Source: Planctomycetota bacterium | Lineage (GTDB): Bacteria; Planctomycetota; B15-G4 | Length of the DNA stretch: 64,000 nt | Reading direction: 5' to 3' | NCBI GenBank assembly: GCA_965248575.1 | Contig: CBDFJQ010000002.1 | Coordinates: 5,024,001 to 5,088,000 of the forward strand | Program-made: the position numbers and the translations under genes | The notes under the pieces: model-generated | Databases searched by the model: none | The model's input: the letters and a program-made list of their open reading frames with translations, nothing else | Told to the model about the DNA's origin: nothing | Part shown: piece by piece, positions 1 through 9,122 of the stretch | Position numbering within the stretch: the stretch's first letter is position 1 | How the letters are laid out: every line of letters starts with the position of its first letter

Positions 1-1182
1 CTGGCTCAGCTCGGCTGCGATGCCGACTTCCAGTACTTTCAGCAGAACGGTGCGAGCGTCGGCTCCGTCGAGAGCAAGATCAACACGATCATCAACCTGA
101 TGAACGTGCAGTACGAATCCGAAGTCGACATCCGGCACGACATCACGGCGATCGTGGTGCGGACGGGCGAACCCGATCCGTACAACGGCGGCTCGATCAA
201 CGACCTGCTCAGCCAGTTGCGTTCCGAGTGGCAGGGTCCGCTGAGCGGCACACCGCACGATGTGGCCCAGTTGTTCACAGGCACGAACCTGAGTGGCGGC
301 GTGATCGGACTCGCCTGGCTCAGTGGCGTGTGCGGCAACCTGCGCTACTCGGTGGTGGAGGACTTCACGAGCTCCATGGCCTGCCTCACGGACCTTTCGG
401 CCCACGAGCTCGGCCACAACTGGGGTGCTGGGCACTGCTCTTGTTCCGGCAACACGATGAACGCGTCCATCACCTGCGCGAACAATTTCTCCAGCGGCAC
501 CATCAACACCATCTCCAACAAGCGTGATTCGGTGAACTGCCTTAACGGTGGTGGGCCACCAGCTTCCGACTTTTTGGCGGACAAGCTGACCGGAGGCTTC
601 CCGCTCAAGGTGCGCTTCACGGACGCCTCGGACGGCGCCTACACGACCTGGGCCTGGAACTTCGGTGATGGTGGAACGTCTACCGACGACAACCCCTCTC
701 ACATCTATGGCGCCAAGGGCACCTACACGGTGAGCTTGACCGTCTCGGGGCCTGCTGGTTCGGACACCCTGACCAGGGTGGACTACATCGACGTCACCGA
801 TCAGGTTCTCGATTTCACCGACCTGGGTGGTGGCACCGGTTGGCAGTTCGGCATCGTTCCGGAGCTCGAAGCCTCGAGCTCACTGGTGGCTGGGCAGTCC
901 TTCGATCTGCTGCTCCAGACGGCACCACCAAATGCCGTGAGCCTGGCGTGGATCTCCTTTGCCTCCACACCGCTCAATGTCTTGGGTGGAACGATCCACG
1001 CGAACCCGCCGTCGAACCAGCTGTTCTTCCCCACCAACTTCCTGGGGGCCTTGAATCTTTCGACTACATGGCCGGCTGGCGTGCCTGCTGGGACGGAGCT
1101 GTACATCCAGTTCTTGATCGGCCACCCCGCGGCTCAGGACGGCATTTCGTTGTCCAACGGCATCACGGCGATCACTCCCTGA
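1..1182 (+). CDS. M12B/reprolysin-like zinc metalloprotease with PKD and C-terminal domain (5'-truncated by window edge)
   Basis: Frame is open from base 1 (LAQLGCDADFQYF, aligning to the paralog's VAELGCDSDVEYY); metzincin motif HELGHNWGAGH plus Met-turn; PKD motif WNFGDG...GTYTVSLTV. Confidence 0.9.
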   Translation: MAQLGCDADFQYFQQNGASVGSVESKINTIINLMNVQYESEVDIRHDITAIVVRTGEPDPYNGGSINDLLSQLRSEWQGPLSGTPHDVAQLFTGTNLSGGVIGLAWLSGVCGNLRYSVVEDFTSSMACLTDLSAHELGHNWGAGHCSCSGNTMNASITCANNFSSGTINTISNKRDSVNCLNGGGPPASDFLADKLTGGFPLKVRFTDASDGAYTTWAWNFGDGGTSTDDNPSHIYGAKGTYTVSLTVSGPAGSDTLTRVDYIDVTDQVLDFTDLGGGTGWQFGIVPELEASSSLVAGQSFDLLLQTAPPNAVSLAWISFASTPLNVLGGTIHANPPSNQLFFPTNFLGALNLSTTWPAGVPAGTELYIQFLIGHPAAQDGISLSNGITAITP

Positions 1183-1305
1183 TCTTCGTAGCCCGAACCC
1201 CACGTCCCTTCGCGACGTGTTTGTGCGGGGGCCGGGAGTCAGCCTGAAGGACGGCATGACTCCCGGCTCCCGCCGTCGACCTTCTCCCGACCTTGGTGCC
1301 TCGAC

Positions 1306-3132
1306 ATGTTCCATTCCATGGCCTCCTTGTTCCGTCGCCACGCCTTGCCTTGTAGCTTGGCCGCGGCCGCGTTCCTTGTCGTGCAGCAGCCCCTCATGGG
1401 TCAGCTTTCCAGCCCCGACCCCGTTCGCACTGCGCTGACCTCCCAGCTGGCCCAGGACCTGAACGATGGCCTGGGTCTGGCGGAGAGTGATCTCTTCTCC
1501 TTGATCGTCCGAGGCGCGCCTGGGGAGCCCATCACGGCAATGATTCCGTTGGAGGGCAACGACTTCACCCTCGATCTCGCGCCCCACTCGACCCGGTCTG
1601 CGTCCAACTACAAGCTGCTTGTGCAGGGCGCTGACGGCCAGTTGACGGAGACCACGCCGAACCCCGTGCGCACCTTGCGCGGTACGGTGAAGGAGATCCC
1701 TGGAAGCAAGGTCGCCGCGAGCTTCGACGAGAACGGCGGGTTGTACGCCCGCATCCAGGTCCCGGGCGAGGCGTCCGACTACTGGGTCGAGCAGGTGTCC
1801 ATGACCCTCGCGGGGACCACGGCGGATGTGCATGTGAGCTACCGCGGGTCCGACGTGGTGGGGGATGGTTCCACTTGTGGAGTGAACGCTTTGCCCGCAT
1901 CGAGCCCCGGCCAGATCGCCTTGGGCAGCGGCTGTGGTACGGGCCTGTGTGTGGCTGAGCTCGGCTGTGACTCCGACGTGGAGTATTACCAGGACTACGG
2001 CAGCAGCGTGTCCAACGTCGAGAATCGCATCAACGCCATCATCAACGCGATGAACATGCAGTACGAAGACGACGCGGGCTTGCGACACGACATCACGTCC
2101 ATCGTGGTCAGGACCTCGGAGCCGGATCCGTACAGCAGCAACGACATCAGCAACCTCCTGACCCAGTTGCGCAGCCAATGGCTTGGGCCGTTGTCGGGCA
2201 CGCCGCACGACGTGGCGCAGCTGTTCACCGGTCGCAGCATCAGCGGCAGCACCATCGGTTTGGCCTGGTTGGGTTCGGTCTGCAACAGCCAGCGCTACTC
2301 CGTCGTGGAGAACTTCACGAACAGCTTTGGTTGTCTGACCGATCTCTCGGCCCATGAGCTGGGACACAACTGGGGTGCCGGGCACTGCAGTTGTTCCAAC
2401 TTCACCATGAACCCATCCATCACCTGCTCGAACCAGTTCTCGAACGGCTCGATCGCAGCGATCACGGGCACGAAGATCTCGGTTGGCTGCCTCTCGCCAG
2501 CTGGACCTCCCGAAGTCAGCTTCAACGCCAGCTTCACCAGCGGGCCCGCTCCTCTGGCGGTGTTGTTCACCAACACGTCCGGCGGCGAGGTCACGAGCTG
2601 GTTGTGGAACTTCGGGGACGGCAACACGTCCACGCAGTCTGACTTGACGCAAATCTACAACACGCCGGGGACCTACACCGTGTCCCTGACGGGCACAGGC
2701 CCCATGGGTGTCGATACGGAGACCAAGCTGAACCTGGTCACGGTCGGCGAGCCCTTGGTTGTGTTCGATGACCTGGGCGGTGGCACGGCCAGCCCCTTTT
2801 TCGGTGTGCCTGACCTGAGCGCGTCCGGTCCGCTGACGGCTGGCTCCACCCTTGACGTCCTGTTGAAGCAGGCTCCGCCGAACACGCTTAGCTTGGCGTG
2901 GATCGCCTTCAACTCGGTGCCTGCTCCGGCCTTTGGCGGCACCCTCTTCGCCAACCCGCCGGCCCAGCAGTTGTTCTTTCCGACGAGCTTGTTCGGGACG
3001 GTGATGCTCAGCACCGGCTGGCCAGCCGGCGTTCCCGTTGGCCTGGACATCTACCTGCAGTTCCTGGTCCAGGACTTCGCCGTGGTGGGTGGGGTCAGCT
3101 TGTCGAACGCCGTCCACGGCGTGACTCCCTGA
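1306..3132 (+). CDS. Secreted M12B/reprolysin-like zinc metalloprotease with prodomain, PKD and C-terminal domain (tandem paralog)
   Basis: Signal peptide; TCGV cysteine-switch-like motif; HELGHNWGAGH; WNFGDG PKD; high similarity to the upstream gene. Confidence 0.9.
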   Translation: MFHSMASLFRRHALPCSLAAAAFLVVQQPLMGQLSSPDPVRTALTSQLAQDLNDGLGLAESDLFSLIVRGAPGEPITAMIPLEGNDFTLDLAPHSTRSASNYKLLVQGADGQLTETTPNPVRTLRGTVKEIPGSKVAASFDENGGLYARIQVPGEASDYWVEQVSMTLAGTTADVHVSYRGSDVVGDGSTCGVNALPASSPGQIALGSGCGTGLCVAELGCDSDVEYYQDYGSSVSNVENRINAIINAMNMQYEDDAGLRHDITSIVVRTSEPDPYSSNDISNLLTQLRSQWLGPLSGTPHDVAQLFTGRSISGSTIGLAWLGSVCNSQRYSVVENFTNSFGCLTDLSAHELGHNWGAGHCSCSNFTMNPSITCSNQFSNGSIAAITGTKISVGCLSPAGPPEVSFNASFTSGPAPLAVLFTNTSGGEVTSWLWNFGDGNTSTQSDLTQIYNTPGTYTVSLTGTGPMGVDTETKLNLVTVGEPLVVFDDLGGGTASPFFGVPDLSASGPLTAGSTLDVLLKQAPPNTLSLAWIAFNSVPAPAFGGTLFANPPAQQLFFPTSLFGTVMLSTGWPAGVPVGLDIYLQFLVQDFAVVGGVSLSNAVHGVTP

Positions 3133-3158
3133 CGGGCATTCCTAGGGTCGAGCACCGC

Positions 3159-3199
3159 AGCCGCACACCCCGTCTGTCTGCACGGCGGGGTGTGCGGCT
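3159..3199 (+). terminator. Stem-loop, probable terminator after the protease pair
   Basis: Perfect 14-bp inverted repeat AGCCGCACACCCCG (3159-3172) / CGGGGTGTGCGGCT (3186-3199); short U-tract. Confidence 0.6.
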
Positions 3200-3215
3200 T
3201 GCTAAGCTCCCAGCC

Positions 3216-3821
3216 ATGCGTACCGCCTGTCTCGGTCTCGCTCTACTGCTCTGGGGATGCGGAGCACTCGCCCCTGAGCACGGGGTGGATAGGCCGTCCG
3301 CGTCCGGGAGCTCGCCCACCATGTCCGACGTCCCCTTTGCCGAGTTCGTAGACGTCTCAGGTGTCGAGCATGTTGCGCGGCTCTCCCCTGTGTTCTACCG
3401 AGGGGCACAGCCCGAGGGCGTGGAGGGATACAGCGCCCTAGAGCGGCTCGGAATCCGCACGGTCATCAGCCTGCGTCAATTCCACAGTGGTCGGAAGGAC
3501 GCCGAGGCTGCCGGGCTGAAGTACTACCGCCTGCCCGTTCAAGCCAGCGTGCTCGGTTCGGAACCTCCCGAGGAGGAACAGGTAGAGCGCTTTTTCCAAC
3601 TGGTGCTCGACCCAGCCCATCAACCTGTCTTCATCCACTGCATGACCGGCAAGGACCGGACGGGCACCTTGAGCGCGTTGTACCGGATGGAAGTGGACGG
3701 CTGGTCCCATCAGCAAGCGGAGGCGGAGCTGCTCGCCTTCGGATACCACACGATCTACGACGACCTGATCCGCTACGTGCGCGAATACCGACCGCGTGGT
3801 TTCGCGCCAGCCAAGCCCTGA
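3216..3821 (+). CDS. Cys-based protein tyrosine/dual-specificity phosphatase family, predicted lipoprotein
   Basis: P-loop HCMTGKDRTG; YRGAQP and IRTVISLR motifs; N-terminal MRTACLGLALLLWGC lipobox; start moved to ATG 3216. Confidence 0.85.
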   Translation: MRTACLGLALLLWGCGALAPEHGVDRPSASGSSPTMSDVPFAEFVDVSGVEHVARLSPVFYRGAQPEGVEGYSALERLGIRTVISLRQFHSGRKDAEAAGLKYYRLPVQASVLGSEPPEEEQVERFFQLVLDPAHQPVFIHCMTGKDRTGTLSALYRMEVDGWSHQQAEAELLAFGYHTIYDDLIRYVREYRPRGFAPAKP

Positions 3822-3837
3822 TCCGAGCCCTGCCCGC

Positions 3838-4401
3838 GTGACCAGCACCGAACTCTTCACCACCCTGCCGACGCCCAGCGACGACGCACCCTGTGGCGTC
3901 ACGGTCCTCGCCAGGTTCATCGATGGACTTGGGTTCCGCTACCGCTGGGCGACCGATGGCCTGGAGCGGCAGGATCTCGCCTTTCGTCCCTGCGAGAGCT
4001 CCATGGATCTCGGCGAACTTCTCGACCATGAGCGCTTCCTCGCGCGCTGGATGCGCGTCAACGTGGGCGCCGCCCTGAAGGGCTCCGAACCGGTGACATA
4101 TCCGGAGTGCTGTCAGGGTCTCTCCGATCCCGGCGGCGACCCGGCCCTGCTCATCGAGCAGACGTTGATTGCTCTCTCGGAGTTGCGGCAGGACATCCTG
4201 GCACTTGGAGATGAGGGGTTGCGGCGCGTGACCCTGATCGGCGGCAAGGAGCCCACGTCCTTCCCCGTCTGGAACATGATGAACGGTCCTCTGGCCGACG
4301 CCTTGACCCACGTGGGGCAGGTGACCTCTTGGCGCCGGATCCTCGGAAAGCCGGTTCCGCGCCACGATGTCTTCCGGGGACGACCGCCGCGCCCCAGCTG
4401 A
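3838..4401 (+). CDS. DinB/YfiT-like four-helix protein (hypothetical)
   Basis: FRYRWAT, ELLDH and GPLADALTHVGQVxxWRR pattern; start at GTG 3838 chosen to avoid overlap. Confidence 0.55.
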   Translation: MTSTELFTTLPTPSDDAPCGVTVLARFIDGLGFRYRWATDGLERQDLAFRPCESSMDLGELLDHERFLARWMRVNVGAALKGSEPVTYPECCQGLSDPGGDPALLIEQTLIALSELRQDILALGDEGLRRVTLIGGKEPTSFPVWNMMNGPLADALTHVGQVTSWRRILGKPVPRHDVFRGRPPRPS

Positions 4402-4615
4402 GGCGACAGAAGCCATACGCACATCGCACCGTTTTTGCCTCGGACCCTGCGGAGCCCCCAGGGGATGACGGAGATGTCGCCGTTGAAACGTTGACGCGAT
4501 GCCCCTCTGAGGGCGACCCTGAAGGGCTCCAGGCGTCACCCACGGCGTCGACTCAGTCCTCAAGTCCGGCCTCGGCTGGGCCGATCGCATAGGCTTTTTC
4601 CGGAGCTGTCTTGTC

Positions 4616-5899
4616 ATGGGCACGCTGTCCCATCTGACCCGCGACCCCCTGCGCACCATCCGCTCCAGCTCCCCCATTCATGCTGGTCGTGAAAGCCAGG
4701 GGTCTCGCCTGCCACGGCTTGCGTTGATTCTGTGCTTCTCTGGCCTGCTGATCGCTTGTGGGTCCGGCGGCGAGAGCGGACCTGCCCGCATGGAGATCAC
4801 CAAGACGCGCGTGTTGAAGCCTGTGGATTCGGCACTCGCCGGGCGCGTCGACCCGGTCATGGCTGCGCGCGCAGGGGGCAGTCGCGGCACGCCTTCCGCT
4901 GCTTCCGCGAAGATCCACTATATCCTGCCGGCCGGCTGGGTGGAGCTGCCGACGACCTCTATGCGCGTGGCGAATTTCTCACTCGAGGCCGAGCCGCGGG
5001 CCGAGTGCTATCTCACGCAGTTGCCCGGCACAGCCGGCGGGTTGGCGGCCAACGTCAACCGTTGGCGTGGCCAGATGGGCCTGCCCGCCTTGTCCGAAGA
5101 AGTGGTGAACGAGCTGCCGCGCTTCGAGTTCCTGGGCGGCGGTGCCGTATCCCTGGATGTGGAGGGCACCTGGTCCGGAATGGGCGGCGGGGAAGGGGAG
5201 GCCGGCTGGCGCATGCTCGGCCTCTTACTCGTCGACCCTGCAGGGAGCGCCTTCCTGAAGATGGTGGGTCCGAGCGAAGTGATCGCGGTCGAGCGGGAAC
5301 GTTTCGCAAAGCTCGCGGCGTCCATGCACGGCGGAGACGGACACAGTCACGGCGATTCCGAAGACGGAAGTGCCCCCGATGGGGGCAACTCAGGGAGTCT
5401 GCTTTCCGGAGGTGGCCCCGTCAGCTCCCCGGGAGATCCGGCCCCTCCGCCCACGTCCATCTCCCAGGGGCTGTCGTGGGTGGCACCGGAGGCCTGGGAT
5501 TCAGCCCCTGATCGCCCCTTCCGCAACGCCAACTACTTTGCTGGCAGCGAAGCGGTGGAGGCCTACATCTCGGTCTTGCCCGGAGACGCGGGTGGCCCAC
5601 TGGCCAACGTGAATCGCTGGCGTTCGCAGATGGGCCAAGGCCCGCTGAACATCGAAGAGTTCGATGGATTGGAACGCCTGGCCATGCTCGACAGCGCAGG
5701 GGTCCTGATCGAGATCGAGGGCTCCTATCAATCCATGTCCGGCGGGAATCTGCCGGAGGCCATGATGCTTGGGGTCTTGGGGCAGGTTCCCGGGCGCTCG
5801 GTCTTCGTCAAGATGATCGGCCCGACCGACCTGGTGCTGGAGCAGCGCGAATCATTCCTGGAGTTTTGTCGCTCCCTCGAGACAGTCACCGGCGGTTGA
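4616..5899 (+). CDS. Hypothetical lipoprotein with an internally duplicated ANVNRWRxQMG domain, first gene of the cytochrome c biogenesis cluster
   Basis: LIAC lipobox; two copies of GG.LANVNRWR.QMG...F.KM.GP; His-rich linker HGGDGHSHG; true start uncertain. Confidence 0.75.
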   Translation: MGTLSHLTRDPLRTIRSSSPIHAGRESQGSRLPRLALILCFSGLLIACGSGGESGPARMEITKTRVLKPVDSALAGRVDPVMAARAGGSRGTPSAASAKIHYILPAGWVELPTTSMRVANFSLEAEPRAECYLTQLPGTAGGLAANVNRWRGQMGLPALSEEVVNELPRFEFLGGGAVSLDVEGTWSGMGGGEGEAGWRMLGLLLVDPAGSAFLKMVGPSEVIAVERERFAKLAASMHGGDGHSHGDSEDGSAPDGGNSGSLLSGGGPVSSPGDPAPPPTSISQGLSWVAPEAWDSAPDRPFRNANYFAGSEAVEAYISVLPGDAGGPLANVNRWRSQMGQGPLNIEEFDGLERLAMLDSAGVLIEIEGSYQSMSGGNLPEAMMLGVLGQVPGRSVFVKMIGPTDLVLEQRESFLEFCRSLETVTGG

Positions 5900-5924
5900 G
5901 CTGGGTTCAGACAAGGAGTCACAC

Positions 5925-7085
5925 GTGGCGGCCGACGGCAACCGCATCATCAAGTTCTTCTCATCGTTCAAGCTGAGTGTCGTCCTGCTCATGCTGCTGG
6001 GGCTGCTGACATGGTTCGGCACCCTTGAGCAGGCTGAGCACGGCCTCTATGAGGTGCAGAAGAAGTATTTCGAGTCGTACGTCTTGATGCACGACGTCGG
6101 GCCCATCTCCATCCCGCTGCCGGGAGCCAACCTGGTGATGACGATGCTCTTCCTGAACCTCGTCGTCGGCGGGCTGTGGAGGATCCGCAAGGGGGCGCGG
6201 CAAGCGGGTGTGTTGGTGGTGCACGTGGGCATCCTGCTGCTGCTGGTGTCCGGTTTCATCAAGCTGAATCACTCGGAAGATGGGCACGTCACCCTCTACG
6301 AGAACGGCACCGCCAACACCTTCCAGAGCTACCACCGCTGGGAGCTCGCCATCTCCCGGACGATGCCTGACGGGGGCGTCGAGGAGTGGCTCATCCCGCA
6401 GGAGGACTTCCTGGAGCTCCCGGAGGGCGAGACACGGACCTTGTTTGCCGATTCGATTCCTTTCGAACTCGAGCTGAGTCACGTGATGCCCAACGCGCAG
6501 CGCATGCCCAAGGGCCCCATGTTCGATGTGGATGTGCCGGTCATCGACGGACAGTTCCTCCAGCGCCAGGAGCGAGTCCCGGACGCGGAGCGCAACACCG
6601 CCGGTGTCTACGTGGCGCTGCGCAGCGAGGGTGAGGGCGATGGGGAAGAGTTGCTGCTCTGGGGGCGTGACTTCGGGCCCACGACCCATCTCGTGGAGGG
6701 AATGCCCTGGCAGCTACAGCTGCGCAAGGAGCGGTACCCCATGCCCTTCAGCATCGCGCTGGACGACTTCCTCAAGGAGGACCACCCGGGGACGTCCATG
6801 CCCAGCTGGTTCTCGAGTGATGTGACGGTGGTGGAGGGCGGCAGCGCTCGCACAGTGCGCATCTCCATGAACGAGCCATTGCGCAGTGATGGCTTGGTGC
6901 TCTACCAGGCGTCCTGGGGGCCGGCCAATGCACCACCGGGCACGCCCCTGTTCTCCACCCTGGCCGTGGTGCGCAACCCGGCCGACCAGTATCCGCTGTA
7001 CGCCTGCATCCTCATCGCCATCGGGCTGTTGTTGCACTTCTCGCGTTCCCTGACTCGCTATGTTCGCTCGGAGGCCCGGTCATGA
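5925..7085 (+). CDS. resB: Cytochrome c biogenesis protein ResB/CcsB (System II)
   Basis: FSSFKLSVVLL...GTL.Q N-terminal TM; VHVGILLLL; PFSIALDDF...PSWFSSDV; ISMNEPL...LYQAS; directly upstream of ccsA. Confidence 0.85.
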   Translation: MAADGNRIIKFFSSFKLSVVLLMLLGLLTWFGTLEQAEHGLYEVQKKYFESYVLMHDVGPISIPLPGANLVMTMLFLNLVVGGLWRIRKGARQAGVLVVHVGILLLLVSGFIKLNHSEDGHVTLYENGTANTFQSYHRWELAISRTMPDGGVEEWLIPQEDFLELPEGETRTLFADSIPFELELSHVMPNAQRMPKGPMFDVDVPVIDGQFLQRQERVPDAERNTAGVYVALRSEGEGDGEELLLWGRDFGPTTHLVEGMPWQLQLRKERYPMPFSIALDDFLKEDHPGTSMPSWFSSDVTVVEGGSARTVRISMNEPLRSDGLVLYQASWGPANAPPGTPLFSTLAVVRNPADQYPLYACILIAIGLLLHFSRSLTRYVRSEARS

Positions 7086-9112
7086 TGGGTGCTCGATCTG
7101 GTATCAGCCGGTACTCGCCGGTCTTGGCCATTGCTGCGGCCTTCCTCCTGCTGAGCGTCGCCCTGGTGCCACGCACCTGGGCCCAAGACGCGGCTCCAGA
7201 GGACCACAGCACCCACAACCACGGGAACGCCAGCGGGGACCGTGGTTGGCCCGAAGCCGTCGTCGAGCAGGTCGAGGGCCTGCCGGTGCAGGATGGGGGG
7301 CGCGTGAAGCCGTTCCACACCTACGCAGGCTTCACGCTCTTGCGCCTGCACGGCTCTCGACGCTTGACGGTCAGCGAAGACGGCGAGGACAAGCGCCTGA
7401 GCCCCGTGGAATGGATGCTCGATGCCCTGCTTCGCCCGCATTTCGCTGCCGGTGACGACCTCTTCCTCGTCCAGAACGGCGAGGTGGTTGAGGCCATGGG
7501 CTTGCCGCTGGGTGCGGATCGTGGTCGCACGCACTACTCCCTGAACACTCTCCAGCCGGGGCTCGGCAAGTTGTTCGAGCTGGCTCGGGAGTACAGCCAC
7601 ATTGAAGACAAGAATCGCAGCCCCGTTCAGCAACAGGTGGTGCTGCTGGCTGGCAACGTGGACCTCTATCTGGGCATCCAGTCGGAGATGTCCTGGGCCA
7701 GGGCGAGCTTCGAGGTGGGGCCCGGCGAGCGTCTCGCGGCCTTGATGGATGGGCGCACCGTGGTGACCCTGCACGAGGTGGTCGAGAAGGCCCTGGGGCT
7801 GCAGATGCTCTGGCAGGAGCTGGAGCAGGCAACGGACGCTACGTCCGCGGACGAGCTGCACAGTGTGCAGGGCTTGCTCGAAGGGGCCTATCGTCGGGTC
7901 GAACGTTCGATGCTGGCGTTCCTCCCACCCGTCGCCTCCAGCGAGAAGGAGCCCGAGTGGATGCGGCCTGTGGACGTCTTCTTGCTGGCGATGCGCGGAG
8001 AGCCTGTCGCCGACGTGCACCTCCAGGCCCTGGCGGGTTGGGAAGCTGCCGCTCAGCACAGCAACGATGCGGTGGTCGTTGCCCATGAACTGGGCGGCGT
8101 CTCAGGTGGGATCTTCGGTCTGGCAGAGGCGCGCGGTGAGGGCGATTCCCTCAGCCTGGAGCTCACCTACTACAAGATGGACTTGCTGACCTGGAGCCTG
8201 TCGCTGTTCGTGCTGGCCTTCCTCAGCTGCGCATTCCTCTGGATGGCGCCCCGCAGCAAGTGGCTCTACCGCCTTGGTTGGGTGTTCTCGGCCAACGCGT
8301 ATCTGCTGTTGGTGGCTGCGATCACCATGCGCTGCATCATTCGCAATCGGCCGCCCGTGAGCACGCTCTACGAGACGGTCTTGTTCGTGGCTGCGACGGC
8401 TGGGCTGTCCGCCTTGGTCATGGAGGCCATCAACAAGCGCCGCATCGCACTGTCCTCTGCCGCGCTGTTCGGGATGGTCATGCTGTTCATTGCGAATGGC
8501 TACGAGGTGCTCGACAAGCGGGACACCATGCCCAGCCTCGTGGCCGTCCTGGACACGAACTTCTGGCTCGCGACGCACGTCACCACCATCACCATGGGCT
8601 ATGCAGCGGGCATGCTGGCGGCGCTGCTCGGCAGCATCTGGGTGCTGGGAAAGACGCTGCGCCTCAAGAAGAACGACCCGTCCTTCTACAAGGGCCTGTC
8701 GCGCATGGTGTACGGGATCATCTGCTTCGCAGCGACGTTGTCCATCGTGGGCACCATCCTGGGTGGCATCTGGGCCAACGACAGTTGGGGGCGCTTCTGG
8801 GGCTGGGACCCCAAGGAAAACGGCGCGCTCATGATCGTCATCTGGCAGGTGGCCATGTTGCATGCGCGCATGGCGGGTTGGTTGCGTGACAAGGGCTTCG
8901 CCCTGGCGGCAGCCTTCGGCGGGACCGTGATTGCCTTCTCTTGGTGGGGCGTGAACCTGCTGGGGGTCGGGCTGCACAGCTACGGCTTCACCAGCGGCAT
9001 CCACTCAGCGCTCTCGACGTACTACTACATCCAGTGGTCCATCGTCGGCATCGGATTGCTGGCGGTGCCAGGTGTCGTGAAGGCCATCAAGCCCGGGCCA
9101 GCTGCGAGCTGA
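7082..9112 (+). CDS. ccsA: Cytochrome c biogenesis protein CcsA (heme lyase) with large N-terminal extracytoplasmic domain
   Basis: WWD-type motif WANDSWGRFWGWDPKE; conserved His in WLATHV and GLHSYG; PPVSTLYET; ATGA overlap with resB. Confidence 0.93.
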   Translation: MMGARSGISRYSPVLAIAAAFLLLSVALVPRTWAQDAAPEDHSTHNHGNASGDRGWPEAVVEQVEGLPVQDGGRVKPFHTYAGFTLLRLHGSRRLTVSEDGEDKRLSPVEWMLDALLRPHFAAGDDLFLVQNGEVVEAMGLPLGADRGRTHYSLNTLQPGLGKLFELAREYSHIEDKNRSPVQQQVVLLAGNVDLYLGIQSEMSWARASFEVGPGERLAALMDGRTVVTLHEVVEKALGLQMLWQELEQATDATSADELHSVQGLLEGAYRRVERSMLAFLPPVASSEKEPEWMRPVDVFLLAMRGEPVADVHLQALAGWEAAAQHSNDAVVVAHELGGVSGGIFGLAEARGEGDSLSLELTYYKMDLLTWSLSLFVLAFLSCAFLWMAPRSKWLYRLGWVFSANAYLLLVAAITMRCIIRNRPPVSTLYETVLFVAATAGLSALVMEAINKRRIALSSAALFGMVMLFIANGYEVLDKRDTMPSLVAVLDTNFWLATHVTTITMGYAAGMLAALLGSIWVLGKTLRLKKNDPSFYKGLSRMVYGIICFAATLSIVGTILGGIWANDSWGRFWGWDPKENGALMIVIWQVAMLHARMAGWLRDKGFALAAAFGGTVIAFSWWGVNLLGVGLHSYGFTSGIHSALSTYYYIQWSIVGIGLLAVPGVVKAIKPGPAAS

Positions 9113-9122
9113 TCGGGTTCGC

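Noticed and set aside
880..3117. 745-aa minus-strand ORF (likewise 12746..14512, 20966..22930, 30433..32034, 32956..34884, 45024..46916)
   Set aside because: Antisense shadows of well-supported genes; stop-poor frames are expected at this GC content; no motifs
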